The notes below the pieces were generated by a model. It was given only the letters and a program-made list of their open reading frames with translations. It had not been told where the DNA came from and made no database searches. Of a stretch of 64,000 bases of DNA, positions 25,055-38,378 are shown piece by piece; the stretch's first letter is position 1, and each line of letters begins with the position of its first letter. Both the position numbers and the translations under genes were made by a program. The stretch covers positions 147,932,001 through 147,996,000 of the forward strand of contig NC_043000.1 in assembly GCF_006345805.1 (NCBI RefSeq), in the 5' to 3' direction. The stretch is from Octopus sinensis (Eukaryota).

Positions 25055-26227
25055 CTAGCAGTATCGCCCGGCGTTGCTCGGGTTTGTAAGGGAAATAACT
25101 ATATAAGCATTTTTAGAGAGTTATAGCCAAAAAATAGCAAAAAAAAATGCATTAAAAATTGAAAAAAATTAAGGTAAATTTTTTTAAAATCGTTGACACA
25201 TCGTAGATATTTTTAGAGAGTTATTTCCCTTATATAAAAGCGAAAAAAATGCATTAAAATGGAAAAATATGATGGTAAATTTTTTTAAAATCGTAGACTC
25301 ATCGTAGACGCGCGCTAATACCCAGAAGGGCTCGATATGAATCACGACTATAAGATACCCGCTTTTGGTTAAACTGCACCGCAAAATGTGGGAGTAATTA
25401 CGAATGTAAATCGAAGGGGACAGACACACAACTTCACTCTTATATAAAGATGCTTTTTTTTTTCAGTCATAGAGTTAGATTTATGAAGGTCTTCAGTAGA
25501 AAATCCTTCGAATTCTGACTCGCTGCTTGATATAATGAAATTCGTATCCATTTTTTGTCAGAATTACAAATTTTGAAAACACAATAGGAACAAATTTCGG
25601 AAAAAAATCTCCATAATTCACGGAATTAAAATTACACTTCGATTTTTGTACAAAACTGTATTTGAAGTGTTTACGAAGTATAATACGTGTTTTCACGAAT
25701 GTACTAAAGAGATTTACTCTGATATTCTCATTTAAATATGAATAGGTAAATTCAGGCAGTTTGGTAACGAAAGGGTTTATATAAGTGTCGTCTGTTTATA
25801 CATAAACACTGTTTCATACTTTCAGTTTAGTCTTGCTCAAATCACTGTCGCTAATTTACTCTCTTCCAAGAACATTTTCACTCACTGTTATCTGTTAGCT
25901 TCCCATACATTTTACTCATGTATCTATCAGCGTGATAGACAGAAACAACTATTACATTTACTTTCATTTTATTCGTTGCCCACTGTGTGTGTGCGTTTGC
26001 GTGTGGTGTAAACCAGACTAAGAAAAGCATTTGACACACACACCAGAATGTGAGTTTTCTGTAAATTTTGCTTAATTGGAGTTTGAATTTTAAAAACTGG
26101 ACCTGGCATGACGCGATGCATTGTACTCTTAAAACTGCTAGGTAAATTGTAATTGAAGAAATCCTATATTGTAGATTTGTATAACTCCCAAAGGGAGGCA
26201 GATAAAATCTGCTTTTATAATAAGAGA
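25055..26227 (-). mobile_element. Compound non-autonomous Helitron, copy 2
   Basis: End-to-end match to 14890-16061, internal TC terminus at 25450, inserted at A|T in (TA)n. Confidence 0.85.
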
Positions 26228-26409
26228 TGAGGTGCTGAAAAGTTCCTGGCTTTAGGTGTATTGTGAAAGGCCTAGTTGAAGATAGTGAGACACAGGCCAC
26301 GATTTTGCCTTCCCTCCATCTGCATTCCATGCCTCTACCAGTGAAGTTTCTCTCCTTCGCATGCTACATCTGATTCACTTTTCTCCCCATTTCTTTCCAC
26401 TTAATCATA

Positions 26410-26444
26410 TACTACTACTGCTGCTGCTGCTGCTGCAACTACTG

Positions 26445-26478
<34 letters not shown>

Positions 26479-26482
26479 CACC

Positions 26483-26526
<44 letters not shown>

Positions 26527-26530
26527 AGTA
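26410..26530. repeat. (CTA/CTG/CCA)n trinucleotide tract
   Basis: Direct reading. Confidence 0.9.
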
Positions 26531-27119
26531 GATTATGATCACTTTATTTTCTTTCTAGTCTTCACGACTCCTCTGCATTCATGGCCTATATCTCACCACC
26601 ATTAAGTGTCACACTTTGTACACAAACATCTTAGGATTAGTCCTTACGAAAAAGCTCTTTATCACCAACAGTAGTAATAGTTCTCTGAAATTTTTCTGGC
26701 TAATAAGCATTCAAAGTACCCATTCCCACTAATAATTCATTTCACCTAGAGAAGGCATATGGCCTAGTGGGTAGGGTGTTGACCTCATGACTACCAGATC
26801 AAGAGTTCAGTTCCCAGATTAGTCAGCATGTTGAGTTCTTGAGCAAAACACTTCAGATTGCTCACAGTGCTGTGTGAAGACCGGTAATGCCAAAGAATAG
26901 ACCCGACATTTCCTGTGCATGTTGTAAAAGGCAACTAATAAAAGTTGAGTTAAATTTTGCATTCCAGCTTCATAAAACCTTCAACAGTGTCAACTACCCA
27001 AACAGCCCTATGGGTTGGAGGGTTGTTGCCTGGTGGAACAAAGATGTTATCTGCCAGGAGTAGGGAAACACCAATATATGGTGGATGCAGCAACATGCTG
27101 TTACAGGGCAGGTCCCCAT

Positions 27120-27440
27120 ACAGTACAACACCTAGGTAACAAAAGCTATCAACTACTTCCATGAAGAGATGGCTCTTGTTCATTTTAAAGGTACTCTGCA
27201 AGAAGGTCCCATAGAAGGGGTGCTTCTGCTCGTCGCCAGCCTCTTGACTGTGGGATATATGCAGAGATAAATGTCATTGTCATGTTGTCCAAGAATGGCC
27301 TGAGCTTAATTAATTGTTCACTGAGCTTAATTGATTACTCACTAAGCTTAATTAGTTGCTTACTCTGTCTACTTCAGTTATCTCATTTATCCATTTCTCT
27401 GCTATGCTCACTCCAATTTTCTCATCCCTGGATGGTATGG
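27120..27440 (-). mobile_element. RTE LINE relic: endonuclease fragment fused to an RT fragment
   Basis: GVSIAEKWINEITEVDRVSN and ISAYIPQ (APE-like), joined directly to EVVDSFCYLG (RT-like). Confidence 0.65.
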
Positions 27441-28734
27441 ATGGGAAGAATAAGGTGAATGGGTGCATCGAGGGAAAAGACGCACTTGTTCTTTGAAACT
27501 TTTCCTCTGTGGAAAAAATTACTTGAAACCCAAATCTGTGAACCATGAGAAAATTTAATAAATATAGCAAAAGTAATCTGTACAAGCTATACCTAAGGTT
27601 AGGAATCATTAATTATAGATAACAACAAGGTTCCATGAGCAACCAGTCTTATATTCCTTTGTTACGGTGTGGAGGACTATAACAAATAAGAGGGAACTGA
27701 AAACCAAGCTCTAGTGAACTCCCTGTACACTAGATTCATCTCTGTATTCATGGCTGACCCTCACCCTACTGAAAGCACCTCTATACATAGCTTGTATGGC
27801 TCTAACAAGCCATTCATCTACTCCTAGATTCCTTAGAGATCACCATATCTTAGAACAAAGAACTCTGCCAAAGGCTTTCTCCAGGTTGGTAAATACCAAG
27901 TATAATGGTTTACTTTTAGCTAGATACTTCTCTGGCAGCACACTCTCACTAGGAAGATGGCATCTGCAGTACTCCTCCCTGGCACAAAACCAAACTCTAT
28001 CTGACCTAGTCTAATTCTGTTCCTAATCAATTAGGCTATCTACACACACACACACTGCTTTTGCCATGTTTATTAAATTTTGCCATGGCTCACATATTTA
28101 TACATACACACACATGTGGACACACATGCATACCTAACTATGTACCTACATACATATACCTGCCTGTCAACAAAGTATACGTACATGAAACAAGCAAACA
28201 ATATAGAACAAAGGGTACACATAACATAAACTATAACCATCAACTGTTTCTGATACATATTTCATAATAATTGATTTTCTTTTTTACTTTCACACTTATG
28301 TTTCTAAACAAAGGAATTGATTACCGGTTTTTATGAATTCACTTCAAATACAATACATGTAGATAATTATCAATAACTATATCTTTCTCTTGGCCTGGAT
28401 GAGAAGGTGTGGTTATCTAAATAAATGCTATTGTCATGAAGAAAGAAGTTCAATATTTTGAGCATTGACCCTTTGTCAAGGAAGGGAAAGGAGTTTTGTA
28501 GCTGTGGCTGAAACTGGGTCATGTAAATTACTGATGCTTAAAGAGGTTTCCAAAACTCTCTCTTCTCTCCTTTTATAGAGCCTGAACCCAAAACACCGAT
28601 AGTCATTCTTTTGTCATAGTAACAACATTTACTTTAGCTCCTATATTTCATTTTGGTTTATTTTGTAATTGGAGTGGAGAATATGACAGAGAACAAGGGG
28701 ATAGAGAAGAGGTTAGTGACAGGGGTTACACATA

Positions 28735-29155
28735 CTCTCTTTACTCTTTTTATTTTTTTACTTGTTTCAGTCATTTGACTGTGGCCATGCTGGATCACCG
28801 CCGTTAGTGAAACAAATCGACCCCAGAACTTAGTCTTTGGAAGCCTAGTACTTATTCTATCAGTCCCTTTTTGGCGAACCGCTAAGTTACAGGGACGTAG
28901 ACACACCAGCATCGGTTGTCAAACGATGTTGGGGGCACAAACACAGACACACAAACTTATACACATACTTATATATATATATACATATATATGATGGGCT
29001 TTTTTTAGTTTCCGTCTACCAAATCCACTCACAAGGCTTTGGTTGGCCCGAGGCTATAGTAGAAGACACTTGCCCAAGGTGCCATGCAGTGGGACTAAAC
29101 CCAGAACCATGTGGTTCGTAAGCAAGCTACTTACCACACAGCCACTCCTGCGCCT
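28735..29155 (-). mobile_element. SINE family 1, full length
   Basis: Collinear with other copies. Confidence 0.9.
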
Positions 29156-29469
29156 ACGTAGGAGTGGCTGTAACTATCATGACTATCATGATTGTAAATT
29201 CATAAAATATATATAAAATGTACTTTTTTACTATTTTACTAATTTCAGTTCTTAGACTACAACCATGCTGGAGCACTGCTGATGAAGGTTTCATTGATCT
29301 TATCAACTCCAATACATATTCCAATCTGGATCTTATTCTATTGACCTTTATTTGTATTCTATTCATCTCTGTTTGTTGAATTAAGTTACATGAAACAACA
29401 TAAATACAAACATAGGCACTAGCACAGACAAATACCATCACTTTGCATATGTGATTATTTATTACCGTA

Positions 29470-29865
29470 GGGTGACCTGCTGTGCTTGAGGAGACCTATT
29501 GAGTCAAGTACATCAACATCAATATAAATATCAAATGGAAATTGTAGTTGTGATACCTGTGCTGGTGGCACGTAAAAAGCACCATCTGAACATGGCTGAT
29601 GCCAGCGCCGCCTTGACTGGCTTCTGTGCCAGTGGTGGCACATAAAAAGCACCAACCAATCATGGCCACTGCCAGCCTATCCTGGCACGTAAAAAGCACC
29701 CACTACACTCACGGAGTGGTTGGCATTAGGAAGGGCATCCAGCTATAGAAACACTGCCAGATCAGACTGGAGCCTGATGCATCCTCCTGGCTTCCCAGAC
29801 TTCGGTTGAACCGTCCAACCTGTGCCAGCACGGAAAACAGATGTTAAACGATGATGATGATGATG
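29470..29865 (+). mobile_element. RTE LINE 3' UTR with (GAT)n tail
   Basis: GTGGCACGTAAAAAGCACC repeats, GGAAGGGCATCCAGCT, GTTAAACGATGATGATG. Confidence 0.85.
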
Positions 29866-30199
29866 ATGTTTGTGCATGTGTGTGTGTGTGTGAGTACGCG
29901 CGCGCATGTGTGCATGTGTGAGTGTATACATATAACAGGTACAGGCATAGCTGTGTGGTTTAGAAGATTGCTTTACAGCCAGTTTGGGTTCAGTTTGACT
30001 GCATAGCAACTTGAGCAACTGAATTCTACTATAGTCCCAAGCTGACCAAAGTCTTATGAGATTTGGTATTCAGAAACTGAAAGAAGTTCTTTACACGTGT
30101 GTGTATGTGTGTGTGTGTGTGTGTTTGAAAACAAATTTTGTGTAAGTACTTTTTGCTGTTTTCAGTTTTGCAAATACATGTGTTAAAGGTAATCCATAA

Positions 30200-31260
30200 A
30201 GAAGTAGTTTGTTTTAGTAGTGGGTTTCACCATTTACAGTTAAATTTGGATTTAGAATTCTTATGGAGTATTCTTTCATTTGCCTTTTGTAATTGATCAT
30301 ATTCTTTCTTTATTTCGACAAAAGAAGGGGAATACTTAACATTTTCCATTTGCACAAATATCTACACAATCACTACATGGAACATTTCTAATAGAAGTGT
30401 CTTTGAATTGTTGCTTATGCACTCTAACCCTATCAATTGATTTTTGTCCTATATAGCATTACATTGCGGACAAGCGATGCAGTAAATGGGATTTTTTTGT
30501 TTTACAATTCATATTTGCATTAACTCCCTTGTTCTTTCCCTCTTCCCCGCTTCTCTTAATATTTCTTATCTGCATTAATTCTTCTTCTGGTTCAAATTTT
30601 GCCTTTCTTGAGAGTCTTTTAAGATCTGGAAGCTGTTTCCAGCTTTTAATAATTTCTGACTTTTAATTATTTTTCTTAGATTTGATGATTAATGTAAAAC
30701 TGGTAGGTATCATCTAGTTGAATGTAAGAGGCGATTTCTGGTTTTATGGCTAATTACAAATTAAATATTTCTGTTTGTGTTTGTCTCCTCATTGTGAAGG
30801 TTTCTCTATAAATCAGAAATAGGGATTCCTTTTGCTTTGATTATGGTATGATTTACTAAGATTTTCAATTATTTTTGTCATTGGAGAAATATGTTTAGTT
30901 CAACTAGTCATCTCTCTCTCTCTTTCATTTACTTGAGTCTGTAACTAGTGAGTCTGTAACTATTGAACATATTAAAAGGGATAGTTCTTTTAATATGGAA
31001 TGAGCAACAAAACCTAGTTTAAGTATTGGTGTGTTTATGTTTATTCAGTATAGATCAGATGTAATAGTCTTATTTTCCTTAAATACCAGAATATTTGCCT
31101 GATTTAGAATTACTTTTGATCAGCATTTCCCATCCTATTTTTAAAAAACGGGTAAAGATTCCTGGATGACTGCTTTATATTTTGGGAACAGAAGGCAGGT
31201 AGACCTTATATGACACCTTTAATTATCAAGAAGCATTCATGAACTGATCTAGTGCCACCA
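30200..31260 (-). mobile_element. Degenerate Penelope-like element (RT thumb plus GIY-YIG endonuclease)
   Basis: Across frameshifts: ILVFKENKTITSDLY..THQYLN, HIKRTIPFNM, QLPDLKK..RKAKFEP, then IYCIACPQCNA-YIGQ-DRVRVHKQQFKDTSIRNVPCS (GIY-YIG-like). Confidence 0.8.
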
Positions 31261-32376
31261 AATTATCCCTCCTCCACATCACATGCTGCTCACTCCCTAC
31301 CCACTGCAGTATTCCTGCCTTTCCTCTTACTCTTGTAACCTATCCACCTGCTTATCATTTCTCTCTCTTATCTTTCCCCTGTCTACTGTATTATTATTCT
31401 GCTACTCTTTACTCCTTTCTGTACTGTCAGTCATCACCTACTCTCCCTCAACTCATATATATCATTGATTACCTTCCATCTCATCCTTTCGGAGTCGATA
31501 AATTAAGTACCAGTTACACACTGGGGTTGATGTAATTGACTTAATCCCTTTGTCTGTCCCCTTTATGTTTAGCCCCTTGTGGGCAATAAAGAAATATACC
31601 TTCCATCTCTTGTTCACAATTCACTTCAACCACATTTCAACCTTATCCAACCAATTATAGTCATCACCTACTTTTCCCTGCCTTCCTGCCAACATGAGTT
31701 GTTCTTCACTCATTATATTCATCTCACCTCATCTGTTCCCCATTTCTAACAACCCTTCACTCTCTCCCTACACTCTTGTAATTTCTATCCACTCACATTC
31801 CTCTGTTCTATTGTCTTTGTTATCCTATAATCACCTCCTACCTTGAGTGTCCACACTCACACCTCATCACTATTACATCTTTCTTCCCAGCTCCACCTGG
31901 GTTTTTCACTCCCTCTCTACTAAATGTAAGTAGCCATGTAGCACATCCACAGTAAGAAACCTCTTCTTTCATACTTTAACCTCTCATCTACTAGCATAAA
32001 GCTACCTTCTCTGCTGTAGTAAAAGAGGTCTTAGCTTTGCAAGCTGCATGACAACTTCTCTAGTGCTAATGCCATGAACAAAGCATACTCTGTAAAGTGT
32101 ACATGCTATAAATTAACAGATTTTAGGAAAGACATCCAAGCATTTAGTGGTAGGGGAGATAATTTGGTAGCCCAGTGGTGGGAGGAAGGATCACTGTAAA
32201 GTATGGGGGGGGGGAGAACAGCATTGATAGATGAAGGATGGTTAATTAGTGAAATGGTTTCAGGTAAGAAGAAAAATTAATGGTATCGAGAAATATCAAC
32301 AGTTAGAAAGACAATGGGTGGTGATGATGTCTAGAGGAGGAAATTGAGCAATGAGCCTAGTTGTACATATGTGTGT

Positions 32377-33100
32377 ATCATCATCATCATCATAATCGTT
32401 TAACGTCCCCTTTCCATGCTAGCATGGGTTGGACGGTTCAACTGGGGTCTGGGAAGCCCGAAGGCTGCATCAGGCCCAGTCTGATCTGGCAGTGTTTCTA
32501 CAGCTGGATGCCCTTCCTAATGCCAACCACTTTGTGAGTGTAGTGGGTGCTTTTTATGTGCCACCAACACAGGTGCCAGACGAGGCTGGCGAACGGCTAC
32601 GCTCGGATGGTGTTTTTTATGTGCCACCGACACAGGTGCCAGACGAGGCTGGCGAACGGCCACGCTCGGATGGTGTTTTTTTTATGTGCCACCGACACAG
32701 GTGCCAGATGAGGCTGGCGAACGGCCACGCTCGGATGGTGTTTGTTATGTGCCACCGGCACAGAGGCCAGGTAAGGCTGGCATGGCCACGATCGGATGGT
32801 GTTTGTTACGTGCCCACAGCACGGAGGCCAGTCGATGCGTTACTGGCTACAGCCACGTTCGGATGTTTTCTTATGTGCCACCAGCACTGGTACCACAAAA
32901 ATACAAATTCCATTGATGTTCATCGATTTTGATTTGATTTGATTTTCATTTGCCTCAACAGGTCTTCACAAGTGTCCCAAGAAGGAAGGTATGCACAGGT
33001 GGACTAACTATGTCTCAGGTAGGGCCATGGGTTATGGCCTCACGTGTCCTGCCGGGTCTTCTCGCGCACAGCATACTTCCAAAGGTCTCGGTCTCTGGTG
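32377..33100 (-). mobile_element. RTE LINE 3' end with an internal ~62-bp tandem repeat
   Basis: About 5 units of TTTTATGTGCCACCRRCACAGGTGCCAGACGAGGCTGGCGAACGGCCACGCTCGGATGGTG at 32550-32880. Confidence 0.9.
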
Positions 33101-33125
33101 TATATATATATGTGTGTGTATAAAC

Positions 33126-33283
33126 AAAAAAGAGGCAGTCAGAATTTTGGATAATTCTTTATTAGTGTTTTCGTTCATTTAGCCAAAATCTTCAAGATAA
33201 TAAAACCAAGATGATCTTGGTAACAGTTAAATGGACAAAAGTGCTAATAAAGAATTATTCAAAATTCTGACTGTCTCCTTTTT
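33126..33283. mobile_element. MITE with ~56-bp terminal inverted repeats
   Basis: AAAAAAGAGGCAGTCAGAATTTTGGATAATTCTTTATTAG... versus ...CTAATAAAGAATTATTCAAAATTCTGACTGTCTCCTTTTT. Confidence 0.75.
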
Positions 33284-33479
33284 AATATACAATATCTGAA
33301 CTCCACTTCAAACACTACACACACACACACACACACACACACATAACACAAAGCACTTTCAGAATTCAGTGTTACTCTTCAGTAGGCAGGACTTCTCAAG
33401 AACCACAAATTGCCAGTCATCCTACTCTTTTGCAGTTGTGGAAGTACAAGTTGTTATGATTGTATTGATGTTGGTGTTG

Positions 33480-33960
33480 GTCATCATGACACTGATGAGG
33501 GATGATGCTGCCACAAGAGATACTGATGATGGTGGGGCTGGGGGTAGTTGGAATAGCCATATGTCTGATGTTGGTGGTGATCCTAATGATAATGAAGAAA
33601 ATGGCAGAGACAATGATGTTGATGATAATGATGATGGTAATGATGATGATGGTGGTTGAACTGGAGGTGATGATGATTATGATGATGGCAATGATGGTGA
33701 TTATGGTTGTTTATGGTTGTGGTTGTGAAGGTGATGGGAGTATCATGGTTATAGTTGTATCTATGTGTTGTGGCTGTTGTCAAGCTTCAGATCAGCCCTG
33801 ATAGGATAGACCTATTTTCAAAGACATTCCAGCCATGACCAACCCATCTTTTTACTTTGAGCAGAGGGTCAAGAAGATGATGATGATGGTGATGATTATG
33901 ATGATGATCATCATCATGATCAGGATGATGGTGGTAGTGGTGATGAGATTTATTTTGAGC
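33480..33960. repeat. Cryptic (GAT/GGT)n low-complexity region
   Basis: Direct reading. Confidence 0.75.
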
Positions 33961-35031
33961 ACTGTTGCTGCTTTACTTTGTAAAGTTAAAAAGATGTTTG
34001 TAGGAAGATATTGAAAAAAATATCATCTCACATTTAGAAAAATAATTTTGTGAGTCAGTGAAAACAAAAATATTTTTTTTACTTTATAAAAAAATTATAT
34101 TTCTTCTTTTTTAAAATTAAAAGATAATTTGTGATTTCCTAATGCATGAAAAACAAATTTTTAAAATATGTTAATGAACAGAGGTTATCTTTATAAAATC
34201 ATTCTTTAGGCTAATAATTAATAGCTGGAAAGCAGAAGACACAAACAAACAAACACCAGCCCAATCAGTTTCTGAGTAATCAAAGCAATTTTAGTAAAAC
34301 AAAAAAAAAATAAATAAATAAATAAATAAAATAAAATTTTTAAAATCTCCAAAAAAAAAAACGGATGTAAGAGTCTGGTTAGGAAATTTTCTATTTTGTG
34401 ATTGGATAGCATACTTCCTTTGATTTATGCATATATTACATACATCAGATTGTATTTCATTATATCATATTATAACCATTCTTTTTACATGCATATATGT
34501 ACATATATTAAGCGTGAATATATTGATACAAAAACAAATGCCTCATTTCTTCAGTTCTGTCCGTTAAGTCTTTTAATGTTGTGGTTTGGTGTGACTGATA
34601 ATGTATTCAAGTTATATATTTTACAACTGTCATGAGAGCATATATCTGTATTCATGCATATATGTGTGTGTGCGTACATATTGTATATATATATATAACA
34701 ATTGCAGCATGGAAGGTGTTTATAAGCCATTTAAGAAATGCACAAAACCGTTAGATTCACTTCAACATTTAAATTTAATTTGTCAAAAGTCGCTTTGAGA
34801 CTGCGACCTGTTCACTGACAAAACTTCGTGCTGCATCTCATATAAGTAATATAATATATATATAAATATATCTCATATAATAATATATAATATATATATA
34901 TATAATATATATATATATATATAAAATAATATGTTACAATTACTCAATAGTCAAGATAAAACTCTGAGTTTCAGATGCTGAAGTGGAAATATATATATAT
35001 AGGGCCAAACAGTTATATATATATATATTAT

Positions 35032-35088
<57 letters not shown>

Positions 35089-35387
35089 TATATACACATA
35101 CATACATACATACAAACACACATATGTACATACATACATACATACATACATACATACATACATCAATTGTATAGGGACATGCTGTATACATAAATTATAC
35201 ATGTACATAAAAGATATTGAATATTCAACTCCGAAGGCCGTGCACCAGTATAGCCATGGCTGTATTGCCATACATACACAACCTATACAACCTACACAAC
35301 CATATTATATATGTGCATATATATAAGTGCACAGACTCTTTCATATATATTTCATTGTTTCATATACAAATAAGTTTCATTTCTCAG

Positions 35388-35425
35388 TCCTTTGGGTACT
35401 AACACAATGACTGTAGTACAAGCAG
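35388..35425 (+). other. Candidate 38-nt exon (PLGTNTMTVVQA)
   Basis: Acceptor GTTTCATTTCTCAG, consensus donor CAG|GTAAGT, one open frame containing ACA-ATG. Confidence 0.35.
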
Positions 35426-36270
35426 GTAAGTAGTCATTAACATATTTAATGTATGAACCATTAAATATGCAGTGTTGAATATTAGTTTTATTATAAACCT
35501 AACTCCTGCGTACATACCTAAATATTGAAAACGATGATATGACCACAGAAAGAATATTGATTGAAGACATTCTTAGTTGTTTTCTCTTTGCTATAGATTT
35601 ACTGAAGCAAAATGCTTGAGGGATATGCAACAGCTACGAGGTGACAGTAAAACCTATTTATTTAGCTAGGATTGACTGAAGCGAGCAGCGTTTCATGCTT
35701 TGATTTGCTGTCAGTAGTCCAGCGTCTTAACTTCTCTGTTGGAATGACTCACTGAAAGCTACTTATGATTCAACAACGTCGTCTTAAGTATTAACTTTAC
35801 TTGTGTTTCACTTGTTTTATTGACCTTAGAAAAATCAAGTGATAATGTCAGCTTTGAACTTTATCTCAGAATGCTACGAGCAACATTTGTACTCCGCCTG
35901 ACAGTAGCTTAGTCAGGGCAATGTTCAATACAGAATTGACCTCTATTAAATTTCTGAAGCCCAATAAACATATCAATAGGTTCAATATCAATATTTGTAT
36001 CAGTATCATTTATGTATGTGTGTGTGTATTATTACTTGATTTTTTTCCTTTTTTAAATCGTATATATATATATATATATATCGCCATGTTGATTCGCTAG
36101 CTTCTGCACGCATTTTTTCTCTCTCCTTGTTTCTTTCCGTGTTTCTTTTCTGTGTATCTTTCTGTTGAAAAGACTTGTTTTATTTATATTCCTGAGCGCC
36201 ATACTAATACAATTGTTTGTTTGTATTCCACCTGCCTTCGTCTTTTGTTTATTTTCATAAAGCTTCCCGT

Positions 36271-36338
<68 letters not shown>

Positions 36339-36589
36339 TTTTTATCCTTTGCTTGTTTCATTCATTAGACTGTGTCCATGTTGCGACACTGCCTTGAAGA
36401 GTTTTTAGTCGAATGAATCAACTTCTACTTATTATTTTTTATTTAAAGCCTAGTGCTAATCTATGTGTCTCTTTTGCCAAACCACTAAGTAATGGGGGAC
36501 ATAAACACACCAATAGTGACTGTCAAGCAGTGGTGGGGAATAAACACAGACACAACCACACACCCACACACATACGGATATATATTAGA

Positions 36590-37730
36590 AAAAACACTGG
36601 CACTCCAGGCTAAGGAAGGTTTTCACCCAAATAAGGTGTTTTATCTGTTTGGTAGGATATGGAAGGTTTAGTCATCCCATAAATAATGCAGTTTTTTCAA
36701 TTACATTGACTAAAAGTCAGAGGGGGATGGGATAAACTACCTGCATCAACTTGCTATAAAAGCAGGTAATAATTTTACCTTGTACTTATTCTTAGTGCAG
36801 GTTTTGAAAAGTGCAGTTTTATTTTAATAGTTATTTTTTCAAAGCTATAATGGAAGTGACAAAGGAACATATTCAGCATATTTTGCTTTATGATTTCAAT
36901 AAAGGCAACAACACAAGGGAAAGTGTAAAGAATATTAATGCAAAATATGGGGATTGGACAAAAAGCATAAGTCATTGTAAATGGTGGTTCCAGAAATTCT
37001 GAACCGGACACTACAGCTTAGAAGACAAGCTTCATCCTGGAAGATCTGTAGAGCTTGCCAAAGACATCCTGCAAATCCTGGTGGAACAAAATCCCATCAT
37101 ATGTCTGCTGAGGAACTAGCAGAGAAGCTTCAATTTGGTCATTCAACTATTCATCAACACCTGCGTACTGTCAGAAAAACCAGCAAATTGGGTCAGTGAT
37201 TACCTCACAACTCTTTCCGAGTCTAAACGTGTGCAGAGAGTGAATGTGTACGTTTCTTTGCTGTCACATCTCATGAATGAATCTTTTTTGGATCGAATAG
37301 TCACAGGTCACAAGAAATGAGTCCTCTATAAAAATGTCAAGCACTGAAGACAGTGGGTAGGGAAAGAAAAACACTGGCACCCCAGGCTAAAGAAGGTTTT
37401 CACCCATGTAAGGTGTTGTTATCTGTTTGGTAGGATATGGAAGGTTTAGTCCACTTTGAACTTTTAAACCCAAACCAAACAATAACATAGGAGATCTACT
37501 ATGAGCAGCTTGAGTGGCTTAAGTCTGTGCTTGAAGAAAAACGACCATCTTTGGTTTCAAGATGAAAGGTGTTCTTCCATCAGCCACATACAGCAAGGAT
37601 GACATTCCAAAGGTTGGAGCAGTTTGAATGGAAAACGATGCCCTGCCCACCATATTTGCTGGACATTGCTCCGTCACGTTATCATTTATTCTGCAATGTT
37701 CAAAATCATTTGGACAGAAAAATATGAATT
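36590..37730 (+). mobile_element. Degenerate mariner (DD34D, Mos1/Hsmar-like) transposon
   Basis: Left end GTCATCCCATAAATAATGCAG at ~36671. MEVTKEHIQHILLYDFNKG..., FLDRIVTGHKK*VLY, and PY.LDIAPS.YHLF motifs. 36590-36674 duplicates internal sequence at ~37365-37452. Confidence 0.9.
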
Positions 37731-37875
37731 CTGTAGGTCTGTAGGACTGGAGAATTAGAGTTATGCCCCAATTGACCTTAAAGTCATAAGGCAGAAAAAT
37801 ATGAATTCTGTAGGTCTGTAGGGCTGGAGAATTAGAGTTATGTCCCAATTGACCTTAAAGTCATAAGGCAGAAAG
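37716..37875. repeat. ~76-bp tandem duplication at the broken 3' end of the mariner
   Basis: CAGAAAAATATGAATTCTGTAGGTCTGTAGG...AAAGTCATAAGG occurs twice. Confidence 0.85.
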
Positions 37876-38262
37876 GATAGTGGCCTAAAGTCTGTGGTAC
37901 AACTGCTCAATCTGAATAGGGTGCTATTTTCCAATTTACCAACAAGAACTCTACCCATATATTTACAACTACTGAAAATTTATATACATATATATATATA
38001 TATATGCATATATTGTTTATATTATTATTATTTGATTGAACGCCACGCATCCATTTCCAAAGAAGTTTATCTTAATCTTTTTGATGTGACTCTACTCTTT
38101 ACTGTTTTTCTCCCCTATCGTATTCTCTCTCATCATTTCACTAATTCCCTTTTTTCTCCCCTTCATCATTTTCTATCTGTCTGTCTGTCTCTCTCTCTCT
38201 TGTTCTCTCTCTCTTGTTCTCTCTCTCATTGCTCACACATGACCATGTATGTTGTATGTATG

Positions 38263-38295
<33 letters not shown>

Positions 38296-38378
38296 TATAT
38301 ATACACATTTGTATGTATGTATATATATATATGTATATATTTCTGGGAGTACGTGAATGCCGTGTTCTGAGAATGGCC

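Noticed and set aside
28440-28490. Second hammerhead on the minus strand (CCTTGACAAAGGGTCAATGCTCAAAA)
   Set aside because: Both core motifs are mutated and stems are not supported; at most a decayed Penelope-type relic.
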